Shown here piece by piece: positions 27,293 to 37,325 of a stretch of DNA of 64,000 nucleotides. This stretch comes from Sphingobacteriia bacterium. Its GTDB lineage: Bacteria; Bacteroidota; Bacteroidia; Bacteroidales; UBA7960. The DNA lies in contig JAABRR010000010.1 of NCBI GenBank assembly GCA_011390785.1, positions 4,784-68,783 on the forward strand, read 5' to 3'. How positions within the stretch are numbered: the stretch's first letter is position 1; each line of letters begins with the position of its first letter. The notes beneath the pieces were generated by a model that did not search any database, had not been told where the DNA came from, and saw only the letters and a list, made by a program, of their open reading frames with translations. A program made the position numbers and the translations under genes.

Positions 27293-28465
27293 TTATTCAA
27301 AATCTAATAGTTCTACATCAAATATTAGTGTTGCGTTAGGTGGTATAGGGCCGACTTGTCTTTGGCCGTAAGCCATATCAGGAGGTACAATAAAGCGATA
27401 TCTTGATTTTTTTCGCATTAATGCAATACCTTCATCCCACCCAGAAATAACCTGCCCCTGGCCTAAAACAAAGGTAAAAGATTCGCGTCTTTCAACGGAA
27501 GAATCAAATATTTTACCATCAGTTAAATAGCCTGTATAATGAACCGTAATTACACTTCCTTCTACAGGATAGTCTCCTCTTCCGCCATTTACAATTATGT
27601 ACTGTAACCCAGTTTCTGTTGAAAGAGTATCCTTACCTGCCGTTTGAAAGGGTTCTACCTTTTTCATTTCATCTGCTTCCATAATTTCAATATCAAAAAT
27701 AAGATCAGTACGTGGTGGAATCGGCCCCCTGCCCTGCTCTCCGTAAGCAAGCTCATAAGGCACCCATAGTCGGGCTTTATCGCCTTTCCTAAGTTGTGTT
27801 AAACCTTCTTCCCAGCCTTTAATTACCATACTTCTACCCAAAATAATGTCTACCGGTTCTTTGCGTTCAAAGGAAGAATCAAAAACTGACATATCTTCAA
27901 AAAAACCAGTGTAGTGAACAAGCACTCTCATACCTTTAGTTAATTTTGGGCCACTGCCCTTTTCTACTATAGTATATTTTAGGCCACTTTCTGTTTCAGC
28001 AACAATGTAATTATCTGAAAGAACATAAGGTTTTGGCGCAGGTATAACATCCATTATTTTCAAATAGAATATAAGGACAGAATTAGCAGGTATCTGTCCA
28101 GCTGTTCTATCTCCATAAGCCAAATCAGGGGGTAAAATCAGAGTAACTTCGGTGCCACCTGGAAATTCGGACAATGCAATATCCCATCCTTTAATTACCT
28201 GCCCGGCACCAAGCTTAAAAGATGCGGGTTCTTCCCTTTCATAACTGCTATCAATCAATGTGCTGTCTTGAAGCATGAGTTTATAATGAACTTTAACTAT
28301 GTCATTATCAACCGGAGTAATCCCATTGCCTTTTTTTGTTATCTGGTACCGGAAACCAGACTCATGTTCTATGAAGACCGGTTCTTTTGTTAAATTTCGC
28401 TGTACGTTACATGAAAAAAGGCCAACCATCAATAATAAAAGAATAGTTCTGTCGGTAATTTTCAT
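27293..28465 (-). CDS. FKBP-type peptidyl-prolyl isomerase with three tandem FKBP domains (lipoprotein)
   Basis: Three internal repeats of the pattern GL.Y.I...G.G......V.VHYTG...G..FDSS..R..P..F.LG.G.VI.GW.E...AYG. Signal ends in GLFSC. Confidence 0.85.
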   Translation of the reverse strand: MKITDRTILLLLMVGLFSCNVQRNLTKEPVFIEHESGFRYQITKKGNGITPVDNDIVKVHYKLMLQDSTLIDSSYEREEPASFKLGAGQVIKGWDIALSEFPGGTEVTLILPPDLAYGDRTAGQIPANSVLIFYLKIMDVIPAPKPYVLSDNYIVAETESGLKYTIVEKGSGPKLTKGMRVLVHYTGFFEDMSVFDSSFERKEPVDIILGRSMVIKGWEEGLTQLRKGDKARLWVPYELAYGEQGRGPIPPRTDLIFDIEIMEADEMKKVEPFQTAGKDTLSTETGLQYIIVNGGRGDYPVEGSVITVHYTGYLTDGKIFDSSVERRESFTFVLGQGQVISGWDEGIALMRKKSRYRFIVPPDMAYGQRQVGPIPPNATLIFDVELLDFE

Positions 28466-28603
28466 CCGTAAATAATTAAGTTAAGCAAATTGATTGCAAA
28501 TAACTAGTGTGCCTTTCTAACCTTATATTTATATAGAGCCACCAGAAAAATCTTCTTTCCTTAAGCTTTAGGACAAATAGATTAGCTTTCAAATTTAATT
28601 GAA

Positions 28604-29485
28604 TTATTCGGCTGCTATTAGTTCAACATCAAATATCAGAGTTGAATAAGCTTTAATTATTGGACCACGATCTGTGCCACCATAGCCCAAATGCGAAGGA
28701 ATAATTAGTTTGGCTTTTGACCCTACATTAAGCTTGGAAAAACCTTCATCCCATCCTCTTATAACCTCACCTCTTCCCAGAGTAAATTCAAAGGGTGTGC
28801 CTCTTTCTACAGAAGAGTCAAAAACAGTTCCATCCAAAGTGGTACCGGTATAATGAACGGTTACTTTTTGTCCAGGAGTGGGAACCGGACCGTCGCCGTT
28901 TTCTTCTATAAGAATAATCAAGCCACTTTCTTCGGGTTGTGTGGTTATGTTATTATCTTCGAGATATTGGTCAAGAAATTTGCTTTCGCTTGCAGCAGCA
29001 TCTTCCTGAACTTTCATTGCTTCTTCTCTTTCTTTCTCCATATAAGCTTCATATTCTTCTTCATTGAAGAATTCGTGCATAACAATATCAACGAAAATAC
29101 TGTCTTCAGGCTGAATAAAAGGGGGTACCATTGGAGAGCCAGCTGTAATTGTAAAGAAACTTTGTGCACCAAATTTAAAAGAAGCACTATCGCCTTTTGT
29201 CATCATTCTGAGTGCCTCATAAATGTCACCAGGATAACCAGATGGTTCAATACGTATAAATCCCGGAGCTCCGGTGTCAGTACTTTTAAAAAACACTGAA
29301 TCTTCAGGGTATCTATAGGCAAAATCTATTTTCGCAATATTGTCTATAGTTGGATTTTCACCTTTATTGGATTTATGAAATTTATAAACCAAACCGCTTT
29401 CGGTAGATTTGTAGCTTCCATCATTACAGGAATAAAGTGTAAAAACCATAATAAAAGATGAAATAAGAAAAGTTAATTTTTTCAT
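28604..29485 (-). CDS. FKBP-type peptidyl-prolyl isomerase lipoprotein (N-terminal FKBP_N-like region plus one FKBP domain)
   Basis: Signal ends in LYSC. C-terminal VTVHYTGTTLDGTVFDSSVERGTPFEFTLGRGEVIRGWDEG. Confidence 0.85.
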   Translation of the reverse strand: MKKLTFLISSFIMVFTLYSCNDGSYKSTESGLVYKFHKSNKGENPTIDNIAKIDFAYRYPEDSVFFKSTDTGAPGFIRIEPSGYPGDIYEALRMMTKGDSASFKFGAQSFFTITAGSPMVPPFIQPEDSIFVDIVMHEFFNEEEYEAYMEKEREEAMKVQEDAAASESKFLDQYLEDNNITTQPEESGLIILIEENGDGPVPTPGQKVTVHYTGTTLDGTVFDSSVERGTPFEFTLGRGEVIRGWDEGFSKLNVGSKAKLIIPSHLGYGGTDRGPIIKAYSTLIFDVELIAAE

Positions 29486-29576
29486 TTGATAAAAATTTGT
29501 TGGTTAAATAATCAAGATGATTGAAAATAAAGATTTGCAAAATTAAATATTTATATCAGGTATCAGGCATGAAGTG

Positions 29577-30098
29577 TCATTTAAGTTCAATTAATTCAAT
29601 ATCATATACAATAGATGCCCTTTGAGGTATTTTTAAACCATCGCCCGGCAAGCCAAAAGCCAGGTGCGAAGGCAATATAAAACGTGCCTTATCGCCAACT
29701 CTTAATAATCTCATTCCTTCTTCAAGGCCACTTTCAACACCTCCACGTCCTATTCTGAATTGAGATGGTTCTAAGCTGTCTGATGAATAAATTAAATCGC
29801 CGGTAAGCAAATATAGAGAAAAGTGAAAAACAGCTATATCATTAAGTTCAGCTTTTTTTCCATTTCCGTTTTCGTAAATCATATAATAAAGACCTGAACC
29901 GGTCTCGCGCATATTCCATTGATTCCTTTCAATAAAATCTATAATTTCCTGTTTTTCTGTTTCAATCAGTATTTGATTGGCTGCAATTAACTGTTCTTCC
30001 AAATTATTTGTAATATCTCTGGATTCTTCAGTACTTTGTTTACAGGATACAGCAATTAAAAATAATATTGTTAAATAAAAGATAGATTTAATTCTCAT
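29577..30098 (-). CDS. FKBP-type peptidyl-prolyl isomerase lipoprotein (GldI-like size)
   Basis: 173 aa. Signal ends in AVSC. It has a single, more divergent FKBP domain (FRIGRGGVESGLEEGMRLL...LAFG). Confidence 0.75.
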   Translation of the reverse strand: MRIKSIFYLTILFLIAVSCKQSTEESRDITNNLEEQLIAANQILIETEKQEIIDFIERNQWNMRETGSGLYYMIYENGNGKKAELNDIAVFHFSLYLLTGDLIYSSDSLEPSQFRIGRGGVESGLEEGMRLLRVGDKARFILPSHLAFGLPGDGLKIPQRASIVYDIELIELK

Positions 30099-30209
30099 GA
30101 AAAGAAATGAATTTAATTTGTCACTTTATGATGTTAATTTATTAATAATAAGCCCTTTGTAAAAGAATGAGACCAAATTATAATCTTTTGAGAATAAAAA
30201 AACAATTAT

Positions 30210-31247
30210 TTATGCATTGAGTAATCTGAAATCATTTTCATATAAATCTTTAATGATTTTCTCAAATTCTAAAAGGGTATCATGCAAAGGTTTATCTGAA
30301 TAACCTCCGGAGGCATTCTTATGGCCGCCCCCATTATAGTATTCACGGGCTATTAGATTTACATTGACATTACCCTCAGAGCGGAATGATATTTTAACCT
30401 GATCATCTCTTTCTATAAATATTGCTGCCAGAATAATTCCCTTAATACTAAGAGCGTAATTAACCACTCCTTCTGTATCACCGTCTTTATAATTAAAATT
30501 CAAAAGATCTTCCTTTGAAAGAGATATGTACGCAGTATTATAATCCTTAAGAACCTTTAGCTTATCACTCAGACAATAACCCAGCAACCGCATTCTATCT
30601 TCTGAATAAGTATCATATACTTTTCGATGAATAGCCTGGCCGTCTATTCCAATTTTCATGAAATGTGCCAGAGTAACGTAAGTACCTGGATTATTACATG
30701 AATAACTAAGTGAACCTGTATCGGTAATGATGCCTGTATATAGGCACTCAGCAGAATCTTTACCAATATGCTGTTCAAGCTTTAATATACTAATAATATT
30801 GAAAATTAATTCAGCTGTGGAAGAAACGGTAACATCTGATACCTTTAGGTCAAATTCATCAGTAGGATCCGGATGATGGTCAATTAAAATCTTCTTCCCT
30901 TTTGCCTTTTTTAGTAATGATGATATATTATCAACTCTTTCAATATTATTGAAATCAAGGCAAAAAATAAAATCTGCTATTAGAATGGCATTTTCGACTT
31001 TATTAATATGCTCCTTATTATTAGCAACTAATGCTTTCGATATTCCTGGCATCCAGGCTAAGAATGAAGGAAACAAATTGGGAAATATTATAGTAACCGA
31101 GGAAAAACCCAATCGTTTTAAAAAATGATACAATCCAAGTACAGATCCCACTGCATCACCATCAGGGTTAACGTGGCTTATAATAACAACTCTTTTTGAT
31201 GTAAGTTTTAGGATTTCCCCTATCTGCTTTATATTGGAAAGGTTCAA
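30210..31247 (-). CDS. nrnA: DHH/DHHA1 phosphoesterase (NrnA-like oligoribonuclease / pAp phosphatase)
   Basis: SHVNPDGDAVGS, LIDHHPDP (the DHH motif) and NGGGHKNASGG (the DHHA1 GGGH motif). Confidence 0.82.
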   Translation of the reverse strand: MNLSNIKQIGEILKLTSKRVVIISHVNPDGDAVGSVLGLYHFLKRLGFSSVTIIFPNLFPSFLAWMPGISKALVANNKEHINKVENAILIADFIFCLDFNNIERVDNISSLLKKAKGKKILIDHHPDPTDEFDLKVSDVTVSSTAELIFNIISILKLEQHIGKDSAECLYTGIITDTGSLSYSCNNPGTYVTLAHFMKIGIDGQAIHRKVYDTYSEDRMRLLGYCLSDKLKVLKDYNTAYISLSKEDLLNFNYKDGDTEGVVNYALSIKGIILAAIFIERDDQVKISFRSEGNVNVNLIAREYYNGGGHKNASGGYSDKPLHDTLLEFEKIIKDLYENDFRLLNA

Positions 31248-31458
31248 ATTGTATCAATTTTTGTAAACAAAATTTTTTGTAGTGCGTTACAAACCTATTT
31301 ACTGAAGTAAATTAACGAGTTTATTTACACAAAGGTAAAAAAGTTTTTACATGCTTTCTTTTGGTTAATCCAAATTGACTTGCATTTATATTAAATTTGT
31401 GTAATGACTAATCCTTTTACATTTATCTAATACTAATTATTAACTTAAAAGAACTATA

Positions 31459-31878
31459 ATGATTGGAAGAACAACACTTATGATGATCAAGCCTGATGCG
31501 ATAAGTAAAGGCTACATTGGAGCGATATTGGCTAAAATCAATGATGCCGGGTTTAAAATTGTTGCTATGAAATACTTAAAACTAACTCTTAAACAAGCAG
31601 AAGAGTTTTATAAAGTACATTCAGACAAAGGGTTTTATAATAATCTAACCCAGTTTATGTCTTCCGGACCTATTGTAGCAGCAATTATTGAAAAAGACAA
31701 TGCTGTTGATGATTATCGTAAGCTCATTGGAGCTACTGATCCTGGCAAAGCAGACGAAGGTACTGTTAGAAAACTATATGGGGCAAGTATTGAAAATAAT
31801 GCAGTTCATGGCTCAGATTCTGATGAAAACGCCATTATTGAATCTGATTTCTTTTTTAGTAAACTGGAAAGATTTTAA
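31459..31878 (+). CDS. ndk: Nucleoside diphosphate kinase
   Basis: 139 aa. TLMMIKPDA and NAVHGSDS (active-site His). Confidence 0.95.
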   Translation: MIGRTTLMMIKPDAISKGYIGAILAKINDAGFKIVAMKYLKLTLKQAEEFYKVHSDKGFYNNLTQFMSSGPIVAAIIEKDNAVDDYRKLIGATDPGKADEGTVRKLYGASIENNAVHGSDSDENAIIESDFFFSKLERF

Positions 31879-32396
31879 TCTGAATAACCTGACGGATAAA
31901 ACTCATCAAAAGTATTATCGGCATAAAACGTAATTATTCTGATGGTTTTCCTTGATTTTTGTTTATCCGTTTTTTGATTCAGAACTGTCTGATTTTCACT
32001 TATTTTAGGTAAGTTACCAACAAATTTTTCCTCGCTGAGTTTTTCATCTTTTTCCAATTCATCTGATGATGGTGGTTCAAATGAAATCTCAGGGGGATTT
32101 TTTTTTTGTTCAGAATTACTTTCCATAGTTTGCTTATTTGTTTCATCAATACTGAAATTTTCAAGACTTGAAAATAAATCCTGCTGTTGGCCACTTATCG
32201 ATCCTTCACCTTTAACCAACCAATCAGTATTTATGTCGGGATAATAATGAAGCACTTTCTGGATAAACTCCAGACTAGGTTTGTTTCTACCTGTCAAGAT
32301 ATGTGATATCGTGGAACGGGGAACCTCTAAACGGTCAGCTAATTTTGCAGCTGTAAGATTGTATCTATTTAAAATCTCCTGAATCCTGTTTACCAT
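31875..32396 (-). CDS. XRE-family helix-turn-helix protein with a low-complexity C-terminal half
   Basis: LTAAKLADRLEVPRSTISHILTGRNKPSLEFIQKV is a classic HTH_XRE segment. The stop overlaps the ndk stop by 4 nt (convergent genes). Confidence 0.75.
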   Translation of the reverse strand: MVNRIQEILNRYNLTAAKLADRLEVPRSTISHILTGRNKPSLEFIQKVLHYYPDINTDWLVKGEGSISGQQQDLFSSLENFSIDETNKQTMESNSEQKKNPPEISFEPPSSDELEKDEKLSEEKFVGNLPKISENQTVLNQKTDKQKSRKTIRIITFYADNTFDEFYPSGYSD

Positions 32397-32695
32397 TGTA
32401 ACTACAATTAATGTACAAATGTGTCCTTACTTACTTCCTTAAATATTTATGTTTGTAAATTTAACAAAATCGTTTTATTTTACAATGTTAACAACAATTT
32501 TTTTAAAGTATTACTTCTCTAAAAATCGTTATAATATTGTATTATAGGCATTTATAAAAAAATTATATTTATTGTTCTATTCAATTAATTTTAGCCCGTA
32601 TTTATTGATCATATTAAAGTCATGACATCAATAAACTTCATAAATCACTGAATATATATTATTTAAACCAACAATTAGCTATTATTAACAATTTA

Positions 32696-32722
32696 TTTTC
32701 GGTTTTAATGTAAAACCGAAAA
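32696..32722. other. Perfect 12-bp inverted repeat / hairpin in the gene-free region
   Basis: TTTTCGGTTTTA-atg-TAAAACCGAAAA. There is no clear U-tract on either strand. Confidence 0.5.
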
Positions 32723-32740
32723 ATCAACTAGTTAACATTG

Positions 32741-32855
32741 GTGTTTACATTCGTAATTAACAAATTTAGTAACTATTAATCAGTGGTTTATAAATAAAGT
32801 TTACAATCATAACATTTATCAATCACATTAGTGATCTGTATAGTGTTTACAATTG
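32741..32855 (+). repeat. Three direct copies of GTTTACA(A/T)T spaced 56 and 46 bp apart
   Basis: GTGTTTACATT at 32741, GTTTACAAT at 32799 and GTGTTTACAAT at 32843. My estimate for this 7-mer in about 950 bp of this composition is roughly 0.2 occurrences. Confidence 0.45.
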
Positions 32856-33345
32856 TATCTCAACATTTATTCTTTTTTTTAAAACCTATGAATGAGTTCT
32901 GTAATAAAATCTCTACACTCCTGCCGTAGACTTAGAAAAATTATTATCCTGGATTAATTCAATATTAAATTGGAAAAAAGCTAAATAGCCCTGCTGAAAA
33001 AGTTTTTTTTGCACCTGGGAATGATAAAAACTATTACACTATAATATTCTGGACATTGATTCCTTATACCCCACTGAGACTTGAATAAAACAGTTGGCTT
33101 AAACTCCCATCAAGTTAAAATTAACCACGACTAAGATGATGAATTGTTATTATTTAAAAAATAAATGTTCAAAAAGCCTAATTAATAGACAAATGATGTA
33201 TTATTATAGTCTACTTTGCAATTAATTAGTCATTTTAAATCAACACTTTTAAATAAAATGTATTTTTACAGAAGTATGGGCAGAAAATCCGATAAAATTG
33301 TATTCAGAAAATTTTGAAAAGGAAGGAAAAATTCATGAAGAATTT

Positions 33346-35019
33346 TTAAAACTTAATGGCTTTAATTGTTTCCGTTTTGTTACTAAAATTAACCCGAATA
33401 AGATATAGTCCCCCGGTTAACAAGTCAATATCATTAAACGGTTTAAGTTCATTAAACCCTGGATAAACAGTTAAACTGTCTTTGCTCCAAACCAGCTGTC
33501 CATTGCTATTAAATACATTTATTGAAATTTCTTCTGTCTGATAAGCATAAAAAGTAATGGAGGACTCTGCTTTCAAGGGATTATTGATCAGTTTGAGAAA
33601 ATTTATATCGTCAATCTTTTTTTCTAGAATTATTGAAGCCTGCTGAAAATCTGGAATACCGAAGCCATAAAGTGAATCAGGATTAAAATATCGGTCACCA
33701 CTTCTAATAATGGCTTGTTTGATCTGAGTATTGGAAGCATCAGGATATTTACTCCATAAAGAAGCTGCCATACCTGCAATAAGAGGCGCAGAAAAAGACG
33801 TGCCATTGGCTCTGGATACTGAACCAAAATTATTAATAACCGCAACTCCTTGCCCCTGTGCTGTAACCTGCGGTTTCACCCTCCCATCGTAAGATGGACC
33901 AACCGAACTGAAAGAAGCTCTAATTCTATTGCTATCAGTGCCGCCAATAGCAAGAACACCGTGAGCATCCGCCGGTGTGCCAATATATCTCCAAGATTGA
34001 GTACCATAATTACCGGCACTGTTTATAACGAGAATACCTCTGCTAAAAGCCATATTGGCAGCCCTGGCTGTAACTGTTGTAGCACCATCAAGACTGGCAT
34101 ACTGATAATTTTGCTGAGTATCATCAAAGGTTGTATACCCAAGAGATGAATTAATTATATCGGCACCCACGCTATCGGCAAATTCAGCTCCAGCCAGCCA
34201 GTTATATTCTTCTACCTTAAACTCTGAAGCAGCATCTTCTGTTCTGATTAACAAAAATGAAGCTTCTTTGGCTGTTCCGAAAAAAATACCAGGTTGGTTT
34301 GCTCCCATTACCGATAATACATAGGCCCCATGCGAATGACCCTTGAAAAGTTCTGGCTTTGCCTCTACAAAATCATAATAGCCTAGTATCTGATTTTTAT
34401 CCCACAATTCCCTGTAGGCAGGCAGAGTATCAACATTTCTAAAACCAGCATCTAGTACCGCAATAATTTTATTTTGGCCCCAAAATCCGTCTTCATGTAA
34501 ACTTTGGGCGTTAAGCATAGATATCTGTTCCATCGACTCGCCATAATCTGCAGTAGCTGAACCATAATGCGAAAAACCAACTAAAACCGGGTTGCTTAAA
34601 GGATGTAGAAGACTTTCTGACTGAATCCCTTTTTCATGGTTTATCACAGAAATTGGTTTTTTGGCAATTTCAATATACTTTACAAAACTAAATTGTTGAA
34701 TAAAAAGAACTGATTGTTCAGAATTGGCTTTAAACATTGCACCATTAAACCATTTGCTGGTATAATGCAGGGTCAGGGTTGGATCTGTAAGGATACTATC
34801 AATATAAAACGAAGAGACAGGTAAATCATAAAAATCAAAAGGAATATTTTGTTTTTGCCTTCGATCTATTGACCGTGGAGATAAAAACTCATGAGGGCGA
34901 GAAAGTGAATAGGATGAATTTTCTTTATCATGAAATTCTACCCAAATCATTACAGGTGCTGAAGCAGAACCTGATTTCCAGAGAAAGAAAAATAACAAAA
35001 GAATAAAAGTTATTTTCAT
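33346..35019 (-). CDS. Secreted S8 (subtilisin-family) serine peptidase with a T9SS C-terminal sorting domain
   Basis: Catalytic triad contexts VLDAGF, SHGAYV and NGTSFSAPLIAG. The C-terminal ~80 aa ends in GLYLIRVNFSNKTETIKAIKF, typical of Por secretion tails. An N-terminal signal peptide is present. Confidence 0.88.
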   Translation of the reverse strand: MKITFILLLFFFLWKSGSASAPVMIWVEFHDKENSSYSLSRPHEFLSPRSIDRRQKQNIPFDFYDLPVSSFYIDSILTDPTLTLHYTSKWFNGAMFKANSEQSVLFIQQFSFVKYIEIAKKPISVINHEKGIQSESLLHPLSNPVLVGFSHYGSATADYGESMEQISMLNAQSLHEDGFWGQNKIIAVLDAGFRNVDTLPAYRELWDKNQILGYYDFVEAKPELFKGHSHGAYVLSVMGANQPGIFFGTAKEASFLLIRTEDAASEFKVEEYNWLAGAEFADSVGADIINSSLGYTTFDDTQQNYQYASLDGATTVTARAANMAFSRGILVINSAGNYGTQSWRYIGTPADAHGVLAIGGTDSNRIRASFSSVGPSYDGRVKPQVTAQGQGVAVINNFGSVSRANGTSFSAPLIAGMAASLWSKYPDASNTQIKQAIIRSGDRYFNPDSLYGFGIPDFQQASIILEKKIDDINFLKLINNPLKAESSITFYAYQTEEISINVFNSNGQLVWSKDSLTVYPGFNELKPFNDIDLLTGGLYLIRVNFSNKTETIKAIKF

Positions 35020-35116
35020 AGATTCAACTATTTTTTGACTTTTATATCCAACTGCTTTTCTGGGTTAATTGTTTATAAGTTATTTGCTAATAATTTATTT
35101 AAGTTAGGGGTAAAAA

Positions 35117-35812
35117 TTAATATCCATAATCAATTAAAGTATAAGAATAATCTACACCCCTTATAATCGTTCCATCAATTTCTTTTTCCAGATCTACATA
35201 CTTTTTGTATATCATTCCCACTTTTGTAGCATATATTTCGAATTGAAACTCTTCACCAATTAAGGTTAAAAAATTATTTTGAATAACAGAGAGAGTTGAG
35301 TCGAAAGTTAAATTCCCTAATTCATAAGGTTTGTGAACATCTGAAAATGTATAAACCTGCTTATCCAATACGTTATAAATATTCCCATCCCAGGATTTTT
35401 TTTCTGAAACAGGAAAAGAAAGTTTTACAAAACTAATATTTTCTTCGGTTTTAATGGCTTGCGTTGTTTGTACATATGATGTCCAAATATTTTTAATTCT
35501 CCAATTTTGCTGATCGTTTTCCCTGTAGAATCTTTCAATACGCATTTTTTTTTCTCCAGAATTATAAGTAAAAAACGCACTATTGATTTCCTTTACTTCG
35601 TAAGAATAAGTAAAAACTTCTCCCAGAAAATCATCATAAACAATGCTGTCAACCTTGTATAGAAGCCATTTATCAGTTGTAAAACCAAAGTATTCTTCTC
35701 CGGTATAAACCGGTTCACCATCTATGGTTTCACAACCCCAAAAAATAGAGATAAACAAGAGTAAGCCAGTTAGATAAAAGTAGTTAGTTTTATTAGTATA
35801 ATCTCTGAGCAT
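35117..35812 (-). CDS. Hypothetical lipoprotein
   Basis: 231 aa. Signal ends in IFWGC. No recognisable domain. Confidence 0.55.
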   Translation of the reverse strand: MLRDYTNKTNYFYLTGLLLFISIFWGCETIDGEPVYTGEEYFGFTTDKWLLYKVDSIVYDDFLGEVFTYSYEVKEINSAFFTYNSGEKKMRIERFYRENDQQNWRIKNIWTSYVQTTQAIKTEENISFVKLSFPVSEKKSWDGNIYNVLDKQVYTFSDVHKPYELGNLTFDSTLSVIQNNFLTLIGEEFQFEIYATKVGMIYKKYVDLEKEIDGTIIRGVDYSYTLIDYGY

Positions 35813-35856
35813 ATAATTTTAATATTTATTTTCTTGCTTAAGCAAGTATACAATAT

Positions 35857-36639
35857 TTAAAGATCTTCTGGGGAACTAATATTATTATGTAAACCTGGCC
35901 CGGGTCGCAGGGGGATGGCTTCATCGTTGGTCTTAATAAATATTTCTTCATTTATAATTTGCCCCTGACTAAAGATTATTTTCTTTTGGATCTCACCACG
36001 GGGGCCAAAATAGGTCCAGACTTTATCACTTACATTATCTTTATAATGCCCTAGAACCCTTATTTGACCTGAGTTATAAAAAACTTCATATTTACCATTA
36101 AGCATATCAACCTTATAACTGGCTTTTATCTGTAATGCTCCATCACTAAAAAACCTTTCATATAGCCCTTCCTTTTTTCCTTTATGCCAGGTTATCGATT
36201 CCGCAAGCTGTCCATCATCATAATAAGTTTTCCATATGCCATGATTTAAATTATTTTGATAAAAGTTTTCGAGCAAAAGAATTCCATCTTCATTAAAGAA
36301 TCTCCATAACCCTTCCTTTTTTTTCTCTACAAAAAAACCCTCACCCAAAATTGTTTTATTTCGATGGTAATAAGTTCCTTTAACAGCCGGGTCATTTTCC
36401 TGATGAATCAGTTCAGCTCTTAACTGACCCTGAGGGTAATAATACTTAAACAGGCCTGTAGGCTGATCATCCAGAAAACTTCCTTCATACCGAAGGCTTC
36501 CATCGGCAAAAAAACCATACCATTTGCCTTGTTTCCTGCCCTGTTCATCTTTTTTATTGGAATTTATATCCTGTGCAGAAAGGCATAATGATGCAATTAA
36601 AATAATCAGGAAAGTAAAGATTGATTTCTTAAACAGCAT
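35857..36639 (-). CDS. MORN-repeat-variant (YwqK-like) secreted protein
   Basis: Repeated G.W..Y...G.L..EG.F..... units, for example GKWYGFFADGSLRYEGSF, GLFKYYYPQGQLRAE and GLWRFFNEDGILLLE. A signal peptide is present. Confidence 0.65.
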   Translation of the reverse strand: MLFKKSIFTFLIILIASLCLSAQDINSNKKDEQGRKQGKWYGFFADGSLRYEGSFLDDQPTGLFKYYYPQGQLRAELIHQENDPAVKGTYYHRNKTILGEGFFVEKKKEGLWRFFNEDGILLLENFYQNNLNHGIWKTYYDDGQLAESITWHKGKKEGLYERFFSDGALQIKASYKVDMLNGKYEVFYNSGQIRVLGHYKDNVSDKVWTYFGPRGEIQKKIIFSQGQIINEEIFIKTNDEAIPLRPGPGLHNNISSPEDL

Positions 36640-36726
36640 TTTAGATAATTAGTTATACGCAAATTTAGTGAATTGGTTAATAGAATATCTTAGTGATATT
36701 ACGCAAAAGTTGCTGAATTAAAAGTA

Positions 36727-37305
36727 CTACAGGTTGAGTTGGTGTTTTTGTAAATTTTGGATAAAGTCTGCAAAATGATAAAACGATGCAAAAGCCAGAT
36801 CTATAATTTTAAAATTTTCTGATATAATCTTTTTATTGGTACCAATAAAAACGGTTTGCATTTTTAACCGTTTACCAAATAACATATCAGAAATAGTATC
36901 ACCTACCATAACGGATTTTTTAAAATTTATTTCAGGGAAATCTTTCCTGGCTAACAAACCCATGCCTGGCGAAGGCTTTCTGTAAAAGCTGTGATCCTGC
37001 TTTAGTGCCGGGCAAAAGTATATTTTATCGATTTTCCCGCCTGAAAGCTCAATTTCACGAATCATTTTTTCATGAATAGCAGAAAGATCGTCTTCTGTCA
37101 TTAATCCTTTACCAATGCCCTGCTGGTTGGTAACAACTACCAGGGTAGAGAAAAAATTTCGTAGTATTGCCAGACTATAGGGAACTCTGTCTTCCATGAT
37201 AAGCTCTTCCGGCTTTAACACATACTCATCTATTTTTCTTTTATTGAGCACGCCATCACGATCAAGAAACAAGGTCCAGCTTTTATCGGGTTTAAATAAA
37301 GGCAT
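36727..37305 (-). CDS. gmhB: HAD-IIIA phosphatase, D-glycero-D-manno-heptose 1,7-bisphosphate phosphatase-like
   Basis: LFLDRDGVLN (HAD motif I), VVTNQQGIG and MVGDTISD. Adjacent to gmhA. Confidence 0.72.
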   Translation of the reverse strand: MPLFKPDKSWTLFLDRDGVLNKRKIDEYVLKPEELIMEDRVPYSLAILRNFFSTLVVVTNQQGIGKGLMTEDDLSAIHEKMIREIELSGGKIDKIYFCPALKQDHSFYRKPSPGMGLLARKDFPEINFKKSVMVGDTISDMLFGKRLKMQTVFIGTNKKIISENFKIIDLAFASFYHFADFIQNLQKHQLNL

Positions 37306-37325
37306 TTGTTTTGGGGTAATTGTAT

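Noticed and set aside
28853-29299. 148-aa plus-strand ORF
   Set aside because: It lies antisense within a well-supported FKBP isomerase gene.
31688-31933. 81-aa plus-strand ORF overlapping the 3' half of ndk
   Set aside because: It is an alternative frame inside a highly conserved ndk gene, and it runs into the convergent HTH gene.
35541-36330. A/T homopolymers of 8-9 nt inside the lipoprotein and MORN genes
   Set aside because: Such runs are frequent throughout this AT-rich genome, mostly encoding Lys or Phe. I highlighted only the C8 run and the A10 run.
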